This document shows positions 9,958 through 19,753 of a stretch of DNA of 64,000 bases, piece by piece. Within the stretch, counting starts at the first letter, position 1. Each line of letters opens with the position of its first letter. The notes below the pieces were generated by a model that ran no database searches, was not told the DNA's origin, and saw nothing but the letters and a program-made list of their open reading frames with translations. Both the position numbers and the translations under genes were made by a program. The stretch is from Candidatus Bathyarchaeia archaeon (GTDB taxonomy: Archaea; Thermoproteota; Bathyarchaeia; Bathyarchaeales; Bathycorpusculaceae). The stretch covers positions 96,001 through 160,000 of the forward strand of contig JAVZLM010000004.1 in NCBI GenBank assembly GCA_038883775.1. The letters run 5' to 3'.

Positions 9958-11826
9958 TTATTCCTCCGTCTTCTTTGTTTTCTCTTCAACTATGTAGATG
10001 AGGTCTTCCATGCCTAGTCCTTTCAGTTTCTCTATTGTGGGTATGCCTTCCCTGTTCCATCCGCGAGCCATGTAATAATCATCCAATAATAAGTCAAGCT
10101 CTTCTTGGCTTACGTAGGCTCCTTTTGATGGTCCCTCATCCGGAATTGGCTGGTGCATAACCTTATAGGGTAATGTGTCATCCTTTCTGCCTAAGCCTTC
10201 TCTGATGTTGAATAATCTGGCAACATTGTTTATTCTCTCGCCACAGCGCCTTATCTCTTCGGGTGAAGTTTCGAATCCAGTAACCAACGAGTAAAGTTTA
10301 GCCAAGTCTTCCGCTTCTTTATAGTATGTTCCCCTTGAGAATTTGCAAATGATTAAGGAGTCAATAATAGTGTACATGTCCTCCATGTCCTTAACCATTC
10401 TTCCTCTGCCTTTCTCAGCTACTAAGCGGTTGACTTTGCCCTTTACGTCGAAAGCGTAGGCTCCATGTCTATTGTGGTCTGCCCCACGGAAGGAAACGGC
10501 AAAGCCTAAGGCAGCTGTTTTTAAGGCTCTTAGGTCGTAACCTGTAACTTCTACTCCCTTGATGTGTTGAGCTAATTTTTCTGCGCCTTTACCTATTTTC
10601 TCTCCTGCAATTTTTACTCCTTCGGCCAGTATGTCGCCTATTCCTTCCCGTTTTCCTATTTTTTCAATTAGTTTAACTAGGGCTTCGTGATTGCCGAAGC
10701 GTGCTTCTATTCCGTTCATGTCTTTTTCAGTTAATATGCCATTTTCGTAACAATCCATGGCGAAACCAACAATTACGCCGGCGCTTATGGAGTCTATACC
10801 GTAATAGTTGCAGAGTTCGCATCCCTTTATTATAGCGTCAAGGCGATCTACTCCACAATATGGTCCCAATGCCCATAATGGTTCATATTCAACCCGAGAC
10901 ATGGCACCTTTGTATGGTCCTTCTGGAACAACAGCAATGTGTTCACATCGCATGGCGCAAGAGCTGCATCCTATGATTTTGGCAACAAATCTTTCATTTA
11001 GGGTTTCCCCGCTGACTCTTTCTGCTGCTTCAAAGCGTGAATTGTTGTAGTTTCTTGTTGGCATACACGAAAGCGCATTGTGAACCAAAACATTTTCCGG
11101 TGTGCCTAAAGTTCTGTATTTTTGTGTGGCTGGGCCTTTCATTCTTTCATGAAATTCCTTAACAAATTCCATAAATTCATCAGGTTTCGCCACGGTAATG
11201 TCATGAGTTCCGCGAACGGCGATTGCCTTAAGATTTTTTGAACCCATAACTGCACCCAGTCCGCATCTGCCAGCAGCCCTTGTCTTTTCGTTAATTATAC
11301 ATGCTATTCTAACGAGTTTTTCTCCTGCAGGTCCTATAGCTGCAACACGAATGTAATAGTCGCCTAACTCTTCTTTTATGGTGTCTTCTGTTTCGGCTGG
11401 TGATTTACCCCACAAGTGTGAGGCATCTAAAATTTGAACTGAATCATCGTCTATCCAAACGTAAACAGGTTTCTCAGCTTTGCCCTTGAAAATCACCGCG
11501 TCATATCCAGCCCTTTTTAGTTCTGTTCCAAAAGACCCGTGGGACTTTGACTCTCCGACTCCATGGCTTTGAGGCGATTTTGAAACAAAGGCATGTCCGT
11601 TTCCGCCAGTTGGCCAGACTGTTCCTGAGATGGGTCCTGTTGTTAGGATTAATGGGTTTTCTGGGCTGAAGGGGTCTACGCCAGCTTTTGAGTAGTCAAG
11701 CCAGAGGCGCATTCCTAAGCCTATGCCGCCAATATATTTTTTTGCGTAATCTTCATTTAATGGTTCAACATGGGTTTTTCCTGTTGTTAGATCTATGTGG
11801 AGTACTCTTCCAGCATATCCGTACAA
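9958..11826 (-). CDS. aor: Tungsten-dependent aldehyde:ferredoxin oxidoreductase family protein
   Basis: YGYAGRVL.IDL, AAGRCGLGAVMGSKNLKAI, GCSSCAMRC, EYE and G.DSIS.G motifs. Confidence 0.92.
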   Translation of the reverse strand: MYGYAGRVLHIDLTTGKTHVEPLNEDYAKKYIGGIGLGMRLWLDYSKAGVDPFSPENPLILTTGPISGTVWPTGGNGHAFVSKSPQSHGVGESKSHGSFGTELKRAGYDAVIFKGKAEKPVYVWIDDDSVQILDASHLWGKSPAETEDTIKEELGDYYIRVAAIGPAGEKLVRIACIINEKTRAAGRCGLGAVMGSKNLKAIAVRGTHDITVAKPDEFMEFVKEFHERMKGPATQKYRTLGTPENVLVHNALSCMPTRNYNNSRFEAAERVSGETLNERFVAKIIGCSSCAMRCEHIAVVPEGPYKGAMSRVEYEPLWALGPYCGVDRLDAIIKGCELCNYYGIDSISAGVIVGFAMDCYENGILTEKDMNGIEARFGNHEALVKLIEKIGKREGIGDILAEGVKIAGEKIGKGAEKLAQHIKGVEVTGYDLRALKTAALGFAVSFRGADHNRHGAYAFDVKGKVNRLVAEKGRGRMVKDMEDMYTIIDSLIICKFSRGTYYKEAEDLAKLYSLVTGFETSPEEIRRCGERINNVARLFNIREGLGRKDDTLPYKVMHQPIPDEGPSKGAYVSQEELDLLLDDYYMARGWNREGIPTIEKLKGLGMEDLIYIVEEKTKKTEE

Positions 11827-11902
11827 GATTTTTCCTCCAAGCTTAGCTTAAGAAAAGTATAAGGTGTAAAGCTGGTTATATTAATTTAATGGTTCGCTTC
11901 GC

Positions 11903-13468
11903 TTAAACCGCTTCTTTCAAGAGTTCTAATATATCTTTCACCACAATCTTACCTTCTACATCCAAAACCTTCACAGCATCCTCCAACGTTGTCACACAAA
12001 ATGGGCAAGCGGTTGCTATAACTTCAACGCCCAAGGCTAAGGCTTCTTTAAGCCGCTCCACACCGGGTCTCTTTTCTGGAACCGCCTCCTCAGTCCAAAC
12101 TCTTCCAGCACCTCCACCGCAGCAGAAGCTGTTTTGTCTTATCCTTTTCATTTCTACAAGTTCTAAGCTATTTATGGACTGTAGAATTTGTCTGGGGGCA
12201 TCGTAAATGTTGTTTCGTTTTCCAAGGAAGCATGGGTCATGGTATGTCACTTTTTTCTTTATTGTTTTAGTAGGTTTTAGTTTACCCTTGTTTATGGCTT
12301 CAACTAAAAACTCGGTGTAATGTTGAACGTTAAGTCCCGCATCCTTGTAGGGCTGGTCATTTTTGAAACTATTATAGCAGTGGGGCGACAAAACCACAAT
12401 TCTTTCAGCATTAAACTTCTTTAAAAAGTCAATATTATGTACTGCTAGTTCTTCGAAAAGCCCTTTTTCGCCTAATCTGAGGATGTGGTCTCCGCAGCAC
12501 CACTCCTCAGCGCCCAATGTTGCATAGTTAATGTCCATTTTATCCATTAGCGACGCCATAGATTTAGCCATCTCTTGATTTCGCATATCATAAGCAGCGG
12601 AACAACAAACGAAATATAAAATGTCAGCCTTTGCCACTTCTGGAAAAGTTTTAACGTTTAAGCCCTTAGCCCATTCCATTCTTTTGCTTTGATGGGTTCC
12701 CATGGGGTTATGATATTTGATTACGCTTTCCAAAACATCCTTAACGGTTCTGGGTATGACTCCGGATTCTACGAGGAGGCTGCGGTTGTCAACTATGGCA
12801 TTGGAGCAGTTAACCAGTTTTGGACAGAACATTGTGCATGAATTGCATGAGGTGCAAAGCCAAACGTTGTCTGCCATGGGTTTTAACCTTTCATCTAAAC
12901 CTTCATCCCTAGAGTCAGCTATAAAGCGGTAGTTAGCAGTTAATGTTGATGGACCAAGGAATTTTTGGTCGATGGCTGCTGGACAAGCGGAATAACAAAT
13001 GGAACATTTGGTGCAAAGCGTCAAGTCCCAATACTTTTTCAAGTCCAATTGACTTTGCACGAATTCCACAAGCTTGTTAAGCTCCGCCTCGGGCTTTATC
13101 AAAAATTTCTTAATTTTCTTGAAAGTGTCAAAGAAGGGTTCAATGTCAACAATTAAATCTTTTATAACTGGCAGGTTCGATAAAGGCGCCAATTCAAGCG
13201 TGTCAACGCCAAGGTCGAGAACCTGCGTATAACATGCTAGCATTGGTTGCCCATTAACGTTGATTCCGCAGCTTCCACAAATACCCATCCTACAAGAATG
13301 TCTGAAGGAGAGCGTTTCATCAATATTGTCTCTGATGTATTGGAGGGCCTCAAGGATGCTTGTTCCCTTGCGAATGGGGACCTTATATGTGGATACGTAA
13401 TGCTTTTTAGTTTGAGGGTCAAAGCGATTTATCCTAAACTCAACAATTTTCTCCACTTTAGAGCTCAT
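11903..13468 (-). CDS. Succinate dehydrogenase/fumarate reductase Fe-S subunit fused to two CCG domains (TfrB-like)
   Basis: SCRMGICGSCG..LAC [2Fe-2S] motif, CTKCSICYSACP, CTSCNSCTMFCP, then WCCG..PHC and YHDPC..FCCGGGAG..ACPFC. Confidence 0.88.
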   Translation of the reverse strand: MSSKVEKIVEFRINRFDPQTKKHYVSTYKVPIRKGTSILEALQYIRDNIDETLSFRHSCRMGICGSCGINVNGQPMLACYTQVLDLGVDTLELAPLSNLPVIKDLIVDIEPFFDTFKKIKKFLIKPEAELNKLVEFVQSQLDLKKYWDLTLCTKCSICYSACPAAIDQKFLGPSTLTANYRFIADSRDEGLDERLKPMADNVWLCTSCNSCTMFCPKLVNCSNAIVDNRSLLVESGVIPRTVKDVLESVIKYHNPMGTHQSKRMEWAKGLNVKTFPEVAKADILYFVCCSAAYDMRNQEMAKSMASLMDKMDINYATLGAEEWCCGDHILRLGEKGLFEELAVHNIDFLKKFNAERIVVLSPHCYNSFKNDQPYKDAGLNVQHYTEFLVEAINKGKLKPTKTIKKKVTYHDPCFLGKRNNIYDAPRQILQSINSLELVEMKRIRQNSFCCGGGAGRVWTEEAVPEKRPGVERLKEALALGVEVIATACPFCVTTLEDAVKVLDVEGKIVVKDILELLKEAV

Positions 13469-13481
13469 ACACGCACCACCT

Positions 13482-15182
13482 CTAATAGGTTCTCGCTGCT
13501 GGCTGCCACTTAGTTATCGTGACAGGAATATACTCCAGCCTTGGTCCTTCCTTCGTATAATACGCCAACGTATGTTTTAACCAGTTTACATCATCACGTT
13601 TTGGATAATCAATTCTCGAGTGAGCTCCTCTGGATTCGATTCTGGCAAGCGCACTTACTATGGTTACTTCTGCAAGTTCCAACATGAAATCAAGCTGCAA
13701 GGCATCCACCAAACCAGTGTTGAATGGTCCACCTTTATCCTGAACCTTTATATGCTTGAACCTCTCCTTAAGGGTTCTTACTTCTTTTAAGGCGCTTTCC
13801 AGTTGGTCGCCTCTTCTGAATATCCAAACCTTCTCGTTCATAATGTGCCGCATCTCATCCCTAATAACTGGAACTCTTTCGCTGCCTTCGCTGCCCAAAA
13901 TTCCATCAAAAACCCTTTTTTCCTCCGCCAAAAGTTTCTCTTGTGATATTTCTTTTAGACTATTTGATAAGGCATGTTTAGCCGCTTCTTCTCCAGCCAC
14001 CGCTCCAAAAACAAGACATTCCGCTGTTGAGTTTGTTCCAAGCCTATTGGCTCCGTGAAGGCTTAGGCATGAGCACTCGCCAGCAGCATACAAGCCAGCA
14101 ATTGGCGTTTCAGTTTTTATATTAGCCCTTATCCCTCCCATGGAATAGTGGGCTGCAGGTCTTATTGGAATGGGCTCTTTAACAGGGTCAACTCCGCCAA
14201 GTTTTATGGCAACTTCCCGAATAAGCGGCAACCTCTCGTTTATTTTTTCCTCACCCAAATGCCTCAAGTCTAAAGCTATATAAGGTCCATAAGGGCCTTC
14301 TAATCCGCGGCCTTCGTTAATTTCTGTTTGTTCAGCCCTTGAAACCACATCTCGGGGAGCCAGCTCCATTTTTTCTGGAGCATAATTTTTCATGAAACGT
14401 TCGCCTTTTGCGTTAATTAGGTATCCGCCTTCGCCTCTGGCTCCCTCAGTTATCAGCGCACCAGATGGAACCAAACCCGTCGGATGGAATTGGACAAATT
14501 CCATATCCATCAATGGAGCTCCAGCACGGTAAGCCATAGCCATTCCATCACCGGTGGTTGTGTAGGAGAATGTTGTAAACTCATATATGCGCTCGTGTCC
14601 TCCAGTTGCGATAACTATGGCTTTAGCTTGAAAGGCATGCATTTCTCCAGTTTTCAGTTCTATGGCTGTTAAGCCAGTTGCTGTATTATTTTCAACTGTT
14701 AGGGATGTGGCGAACCATTCATCATAAAATTTAATGTTACTGTATGAGGTGGCTTTTCCGTAAAGCGTGTGCATTTCATGAAAGCCAGTCATATCAGCTG
14801 CAAAACAAGCTCTAGGATATGTGTGACCTCCAAATGGGCGTTGGTCTATTTTCCCATCTGATGTGCGGCTCCAAGGCAATCCCCAATGTTCTGTTAAAAC
14901 TATTTCTTTAGGCGCTTGTCTTACAAAAAATTCCACAACATCTTGGTCTGCTAAATAATCAGCTCCTTTAATTGTGTCGAAAGCATGTAAGTCATAGGAA
15001 TCCTTTTCTCGCATTACTGCCGCCGTGCCGCCTTGAGCGCAAACAGAATGGGAGCGTAAAGGATGAAGTTTGGATATTACTGCAATGTCAAGCTTATTGC
15101 TTACTTCAGCCGCTGCAATGGAAGCCCTTAGACCAGCCAAGCCAGCTCCAACAATGATTATGTCGTGGGCATAATTCTCCAT
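13482..15182 (-). CDS. sdhA: Succinate dehydrogenase/fumarate reductase flavoprotein subunit
   Basis: [16 protein letters not shown] (covalent-FAD His), [33 protein letters not shown] and ESRGAH motifs. Confidence 0.92.
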   Translation of the reverse strand: MENYAHDIIIVGAGLAGLRASIAAAEVSNKLDIAVISKLHPLRSHSVCAQGGTAAVMREKDSYDLHAFDTIKGADYLADQDVVEFFVRQAPKEIVLTEHWGLPWSRTSDGKIDQRPFGGHTYPRACFAADMTGFHEMHTLYGKATSYSNIKFYDEWFATSLTVENNTATGLTAIELKTGEMHAFQAKAIVIATGGHERIYEFTTFSYTTTGDGMAMAYRAGAPLMDMEFVQFHPTGLVPSGALITEGARGEGGYLINAKGERFMKNYAPEKMELAPRDVVSRAEQTEINEGRGLEGPYGPYIALDLRHLGEEKINERLPLIREVAIKLGGVDPVKEPIPIRPAAHYSMGGIRANIKTETPIAGLYAAGECSCLSLHGANRLGTNSTAECLVFGAVAGEEAAKHALSNSLKEISQEKLLAEEKRVFDGILGSEGSERVPVIRDEMRHIMNEKVWIFRRGDQLESALKEVRTLKERFKHIKVQDKGGPFNTGLVDALQLDFMLELAEVTIVSALARIESRGAHSRIDYPKRDDVNWLKHTLAYYTKEGPRLEYIPVTITKWQPAARTY

Positions 15183-15319
15183 TATTGTTCACCATTTAAG
15201 AGACTACGTAAATTTTGCAATCCAGCCTTTATATTTTTCTGGTTTTGTACGAAAATCTTATTTTAAAGTGAAATTAAGTGCTGGTAAACTAAAACGCGCA
15301 ATCCTTGGGGAGACTTAAA

Positions 15320-17227
15320 ATGGTGCAAAAAGTGCCTAAAATAGAAATTTCGCAGAAATTGAAACTAATGCTTCAGAGGGCTTTGGAAAATCCCGAAAAC
15401 TTCTGGGGCGGAATAGCTGGGGAGTTGCATTGGTTTAAGAGGTGGGATAAGGTTTTCGAATGGAACTATCCAAACTTCACTTGGTTTAAGGGTGGAATAA
15501 CAAATCTCTCTTACAACTGCACAGAACATCATGTAGAAAATGGAAGGGGTAATCGTACTGCAATAGTATGGGAGAACGGTGAAGGATTACCTTCCCGCAA
15601 ACTAACCTACCAGCAACTTCTGGACGAAGTTAAAAAGTTCGCTGCTGGGTTGAAAGCATTAGGAGTTGAAAAAGGCGATAGAGTAACAATATACATGCCG
15701 ATGATTCCAGAAGCAGCAGTCGCCATGTTAGCAACCACAAGAATTGGAGCAATCCACTCAGTCGTCTTTGGAGGCTTCGGCTATGGCGCTTTAGCAGATA
15801 GAATCGCTGATGCAGAGCCAAAAGTTATTGTCACGGCTGATGTTGGTTTCAGACGTGGAGAAACAATTAACTTAAAGACCGTTGTGGACGAAGCTCTGAA
15901 AACTTGTGGAAAAAGTGTGAAAAAGGTCATTGTCTTGAAACGAGGTGAGCATGATCCACCAGTGACCTTGGGAAGGGATATGCTTTGGGAAGAAGTCATC
16001 GAAAAAGGGAAAGACATAAATGCTGAAGCTAAAAAGATGCGAGCAGATGAGTTGGCTTTTATCCTTTACACTTCTGGAACCATGGCTAAGCCTAAAGGCA
16101 CAGTTCAACCCCACGGAAGCTATCAGGTTTACATTTACGCCATGGGCAAGTGGGTTTACGACTTAAATGAGAATGATGTTTGGTGGTCGACCTCTGACAT
16201 AGGTTGGATTGTGGGGCACAGCTATGTTGTTTATGCGCCATTACTTTTTGGCTGCACAACAATAATGTATGAAGGAGTTCCAGACTATCCCACACCAGAC
16301 GTTTGGTGGCAAATAATCGAAAAGAATCATGTTACAAAACTTTGGATATCACCCACAGGCGTACGCACTTTAATGAAATATGGTGATGAATGGCCCAAAA
16401 AACATGATTTAAGCTCCGTCAAACTCGTAGTTTGCGCAGGGGAAGTTCTAAACCCGCCAGCTTGGGAATGGCTTCAAAAGAAAGTCTTTCAGGACAAGGT
16501 TCCAGTCATTGACCACATGTGGCAAACCGAAAGCAGCGGTCCAATGGTTGGCAACCCTTACGGCATTGAGCTACTACCTACAAAACCCGGCTCCGCAACC
16601 ATTCCGCTTCCAGGAATTGACGCCGAAATAGTTGACGAAAACGGAAAACCAGTCCCTCCCGGTGTTGAGGGAATATTTGTATGCAAAAAGCCCTTTCCAG
16701 GTTTGACGCCTACTCTTTGGCGGGATCATGAACGTTATGTAAATGATTACTGGAATAGGATTCCAGGCGTTTATTATACCGGCGACGCAGCAATTAAAGA
16801 TGAGGATGGTTACATCTGGTTTTTGGGAAGGGTGGATGAAGTTATCAAGATTTCAGGGCATAGAATTGGCACAATTGAAATTGAAAGCGCTCTGCTTGGG
16901 CATCCCGCTGTTGCTGAGGCAGCGGTTGTGGGGCGCCCAGATCCTTTAAGAGGCGAAACCGCCTGTGCATTTATTGTTTTAAGGCATGGATATGAGCCGA
17001 ACAGTTTATTAAAGGATGCTTTGCGAAAGTTGGTTAAGGAAACTTTGGGACCAATAGTAATTGTTAGCGACATATTCTTTGTGGCTAGGCTTCCTAAAAC
17101 AAGAAGTGGTAAGATAATGCGGCGTCTTATTGGAGCATTAATAGCGGGCAAACCTTTAGGAGATTATTCAACGATCGAAGATGAAACAGCTATAGAAGAG
17201 ATTAAAAAAGTCATAAGCCAGCATTAA
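15320..17227 (+). CDS. AMP-forming acetate/propionate--CoA ligase (Acs/PrpE family)
   Basis: YTSGT.AKPKG, DIGWIVGHSY, WQTE, YYTGD and LPKTRSGKIMRR motifs. The start is either ATG 15320 or TTG 15305. Confidence 0.9.
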   Translation: MVQKVPKIEISQKLKLMLQRALENPENFWGGIAGELHWFKRWDKVFEWNYPNFTWFKGGITNLSYNCTEHHVENGRGNRTAIVWENGEGLPSRKLTYQQLLDEVKKFAAGLKALGVEKGDRVTIYMPMIPEAAVAMLATTRIGAIHSVVFGGFGYGALADRIADAEPKVIVTADVGFRRGETINLKTVVDEALKTCGKSVKKVIVLKRGEHDPPVTLGRDMLWEEVIEKGKDINAEAKKMRADELAFILYTSGTMAKPKGTVQPHGSYQVYIYAMGKWVYDLNENDVWWSTSDIGWIVGHSYVVYAPLLFGCTTIMYEGVPDYPTPDVWWQIIEKNHVTKLWISPTGVRTLMKYGDEWPKKHDLSSVKLVVCAGEVLNPPAWEWLQKKVFQDKVPVIDHMWQTESSGPMVGNPYGIELLPTKPGSATIPLPGIDAEIVDENGKPVPPGVEGIFVCKKPFPGLTPTLWRDHERYVNDYWNRIPGVYYTGDAAIKDEDGYIWFLGRVDEVIKISGHRIGTIEIESALLGHPAVAEAAVVGRPDPLRGETACAFIVLRHGYEPNSLLKDALRKLVKETLGPIVIVSDIFFVARLPKTRSGKIMRRLIGALIAGKPLGDYSTIEDETAIEEIKKVISQH

Positions 17228-17303
17228 AATATGCCTCATTTTTGGTAAACGCTTTATAATGTGTTTAACATGACATTTAAAAATCTATGAGAGGTGAAAA
17301 ACG

Positions 17304-17705
17304 ATGTTTATAGGCGTTGACCATGTGGGCGTGGCAGTTAAAAATCTGGACGAGGCTATTAGCATTTACCAAAATGTTTTAGGCTTTGAACTCGAAGGCG
17401 TTCACGTTTTAAGTGAGAGGAAGGTTAAGGTTGCTTTTCTATTTAGCGGCGGCGAAACCAGAATTGAGCTTTTAGAGCCTTTGGGTAGCGATAGCCCAGT
17501 TGCCAAGTTTCTTGATAGTCGAGGTGAAGGCATTCATCACATCGCTGTAAAAGTTGAGAATATTGAGGCTGTTTTGGATGATTTTAAGCGTAAAGGTGTG
17601 GTTTTAGTTGATGAGAAGCCAAGAATTGGAGCTGAAGGCGCAAAAATTGCCTTTGTTCACCCGAAAAGCACAAAGGGAGTGCTTTTGGAGTTAATAATGA
17701 AGTAA
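17304..17705 (+). CDS. mce: Methylmalonyl-CoA epimerase
   Basis: VOC fold: [35 protein letters not shown]. Confidence 0.92.
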   Translation: MFIGVDHVGVAVKNLDEAISIYQNVLGFELEGVHVLSERKVKVAFLFSGGETRIELLEPLGSDSPVAKFLDSRGEGIHHIAVKVENIEAVLDDFKRKGVVLVDEKPRIGAEGAKIAFVHPKSTKGVLLELIMK

Positions 17706-17713
17706 GTGATTGT

Positions 17714-18832
17714 TTGAATCAAACTAAAATTGCCCTTTCCATCCAATTCTTCCACTCCTTTGTCAGCGGCATTCTTGGAGTCGCCATACCCTTAATGATG
17801 AAAGAAAGGAATGTGGATGTTGTCGTTATAGGACTTATCTTCGCGGCTATGCCCTTGATTATGCAGTTTGGGCGAATGTTTTTTGCAACACTTTCAGATT
17901 TTTTGGGCAGAAACCTCTTCTTTATTTCTAACGGGGTTTTAGGCGTAATTTCAAGTCTAATCTACTATGTTGCGCGGACACCACTAGAATTCTTGTTCGG
18001 CAAACTAATGGAGGGAACCAAAGAGGGTTCAATTTGGGCTGTGAACAGGGCTTTTCTTTTAGAGAGAGAAGGGGGTCACTGGAGAATTTTAGTTTACCTA
18101 AGAACGGTAGTTTATGTTGGCTTCGCCCTTGGAAGTCTGCTTACTGGCTTTTTGGTTGCTTGGCTATTTTTTGATGGAACAATGTTGTTATGCGCTCTTC
18201 TTGGAGTTTTTGTATTCTCGTTGGCGCTGTTGCTGCCTAAAGAAAGAAAAGAACAGTTTAGCATGGTGAAGGCTTTGCAGTTTCTAGATTTCAGAAAGAA
18301 AAAGAAAATTTTCAAAATCTTCCTCTTTCTGTTTTTTATAATAGGTCTTTCCTATGGGTTTCGAGGAAGCTTTGTCATACCACTTTTCTTGGACATGTAT
18401 GGTTTCGACACCGAAATAATTGGACTAATTATAGGCTTACAGATCTTGTTTGCTGGCTTTTCTTCATACCTCTTTTCGAAAACCACTAAGTTAAGGCAGA
18501 TGATTCTTCTACAAGGTATTCTCTTTTCCACAGTCTTCTTTTCGCTTGGCTTTTTAAGTTCTATAGTTGCCGGGGTTCTTTTGGTTGTTTATGGCTTTAT
18601 TGAGGGAATGTCAGGCATCGGACAAGAGGGAATTTTGTCCAAAATCTGCGATAAAGAGTCTTATGGAACCGATATTGGCTTGCTAATGTTTGGGTTGCAT
18701 GTTGGCGAAACCATGAGTTTGGCTTTATCAGGCTTTCTTATTGAAAGATGGGGTTTCCTTGCTCCCTTCCTCTTGGCGGCTTCAACATACGCAATTTTCT
18801 ACATACCCTCATACACTATTCTGAAAGAGTGA
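17714..18832 (+). CDS. MFS transporter
   Basis: About 12 hydrophobic segments and a motif-A-like LSDFLGR. Confidence 0.8.
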   Translation: MNQTKIALSIQFFHSFVSGILGVAIPLMMKERNVDVVVIGLIFAAMPLIMQFGRMFFATLSDFLGRNLFFISNGVLGVISSLIYYVARTPLEFLFGKLMEGTKEGSIWAVNRAFLLEREGGHWRILVYLRTVVYVGFALGSLLTGFLVAWLFFDGTMLLCALLGVFVFSLALLLPKERKEQFSMVKALQFLDFRKKKKIFKIFLFLFFIIGLSYGFRGSFVIPLFLDMYGFDTEIIGLIIGLQILFAGFSSYLFSKTTKLRQMILLQGILFSTVFFSLGFLSSIVAGVLLVVYGFIEGMSGIGQEGILSKICDKESYGTDIGLLMFGLHVGETMSLALSGFLIERWGFLAPFLLAASTYAIFYIPSYTILKE

Positions 18833-18835
18833 ACA

Positions 18836-19627
18836 ATGTTGAAAATTGACAAAATTCAAGAAAAGCTTCAAACCAAAAAAATTGGTAAAAAAATACTATA
18901 CTTGCACAAAACTGGCTCCACAAACGACATAGCCAAAAAATTAGCTAATTATGGAGCCTATGAAGGAGCAATTGTTATAGCGGAAACCCAAACCGCCGGA
19001 CGAGGAAGACTTGATAGAAAATGGTTTTCGCCAAAAGGCGGACTATATTTTTCAATTATTCTAAAACCAAAAATAAAAGCAAAAGAATCCATTAAACTCG
19101 TGTTCTTGGCTGGTTTGGCTGTAGCAGAAGTTCTGCATGAAAAATATGGGTTGCATGTGGAAACTAAGTGGCCAAACGATGTTTTAGTGAGGGGACGTAA
19201 GATTTGCGGGATACTAAGTGAAATGAAGACAAGAGGCGAAAAGGTGGACTATGCAGTAATAGGCTTAGGTATAAATGCAAACGTTGATGTTAAAAAAGAG
19301 TTTCCGGAAGAGCTGAAAACTGTTGCAACATCCATTGAAAATGAGTTAGGTAGAAAAGTTAAGCTGGAAGAACTGCTTAAAGTGTTGCTTGAGAAATTGG
19401 AAAATGTTTATGAACAGTTTACAAAGGAAGGATTCGCTCCAGTTTTGAGGAGATGGAAAGGATATGCGAGTTTTCTTGGCAAAAATGTGGAAGTCATAAA
19501 TGATGTTGGAAAGATGTATGGTTTAGCCTTAGATGTTGACAATGATGGAACATTGCTCGTTAGGCTTGAAGATGGAAGAGTAGAGCATGTGTTTGTTGGG
19601 GACGTTTCTCTGCAGATAAATAAATGA
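18836..19627 (+). CDS. birA: Biotin--protein ligase (no HTH domain)
   Basis: STN, QTAGRGRLDRKW.SP, KWPND and KICGIL.E motifs. Confidence 0.93.
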   Translation: MLKIDKIQEKLQTKKIGKKILYLHKTGSTNDIAKKLANYGAYEGAIVIAETQTAGRGRLDRKWFSPKGGLYFSIILKPKIKAKESIKLVFLAGLAVAEVLHEKYGLHVETKWPNDVLVRGRKICGILSEMKTRGEKVDYAVIGLGINANVDVKKEFPEELKTVATSIENELGRKVKLEELLKVLLEKLENVYEQFTKEGFAPVLRRWKGYASFLGKNVEVINDVGKMYGLALDVDNDGTLLVRLEDGRVEHVFVGDVSLQINK

Positions 19628-19753
19628 ATCTTTCGTAACTTTCGTTTTCATGGATTTAAATCCTTAATTAAGCCAGAACCTAACCGTATCTTTAGCCTTT
19701 CCGTATATTCTAAATATTTGAGCTACATTACCTAAAAGCAAGAGGGATTTGAA

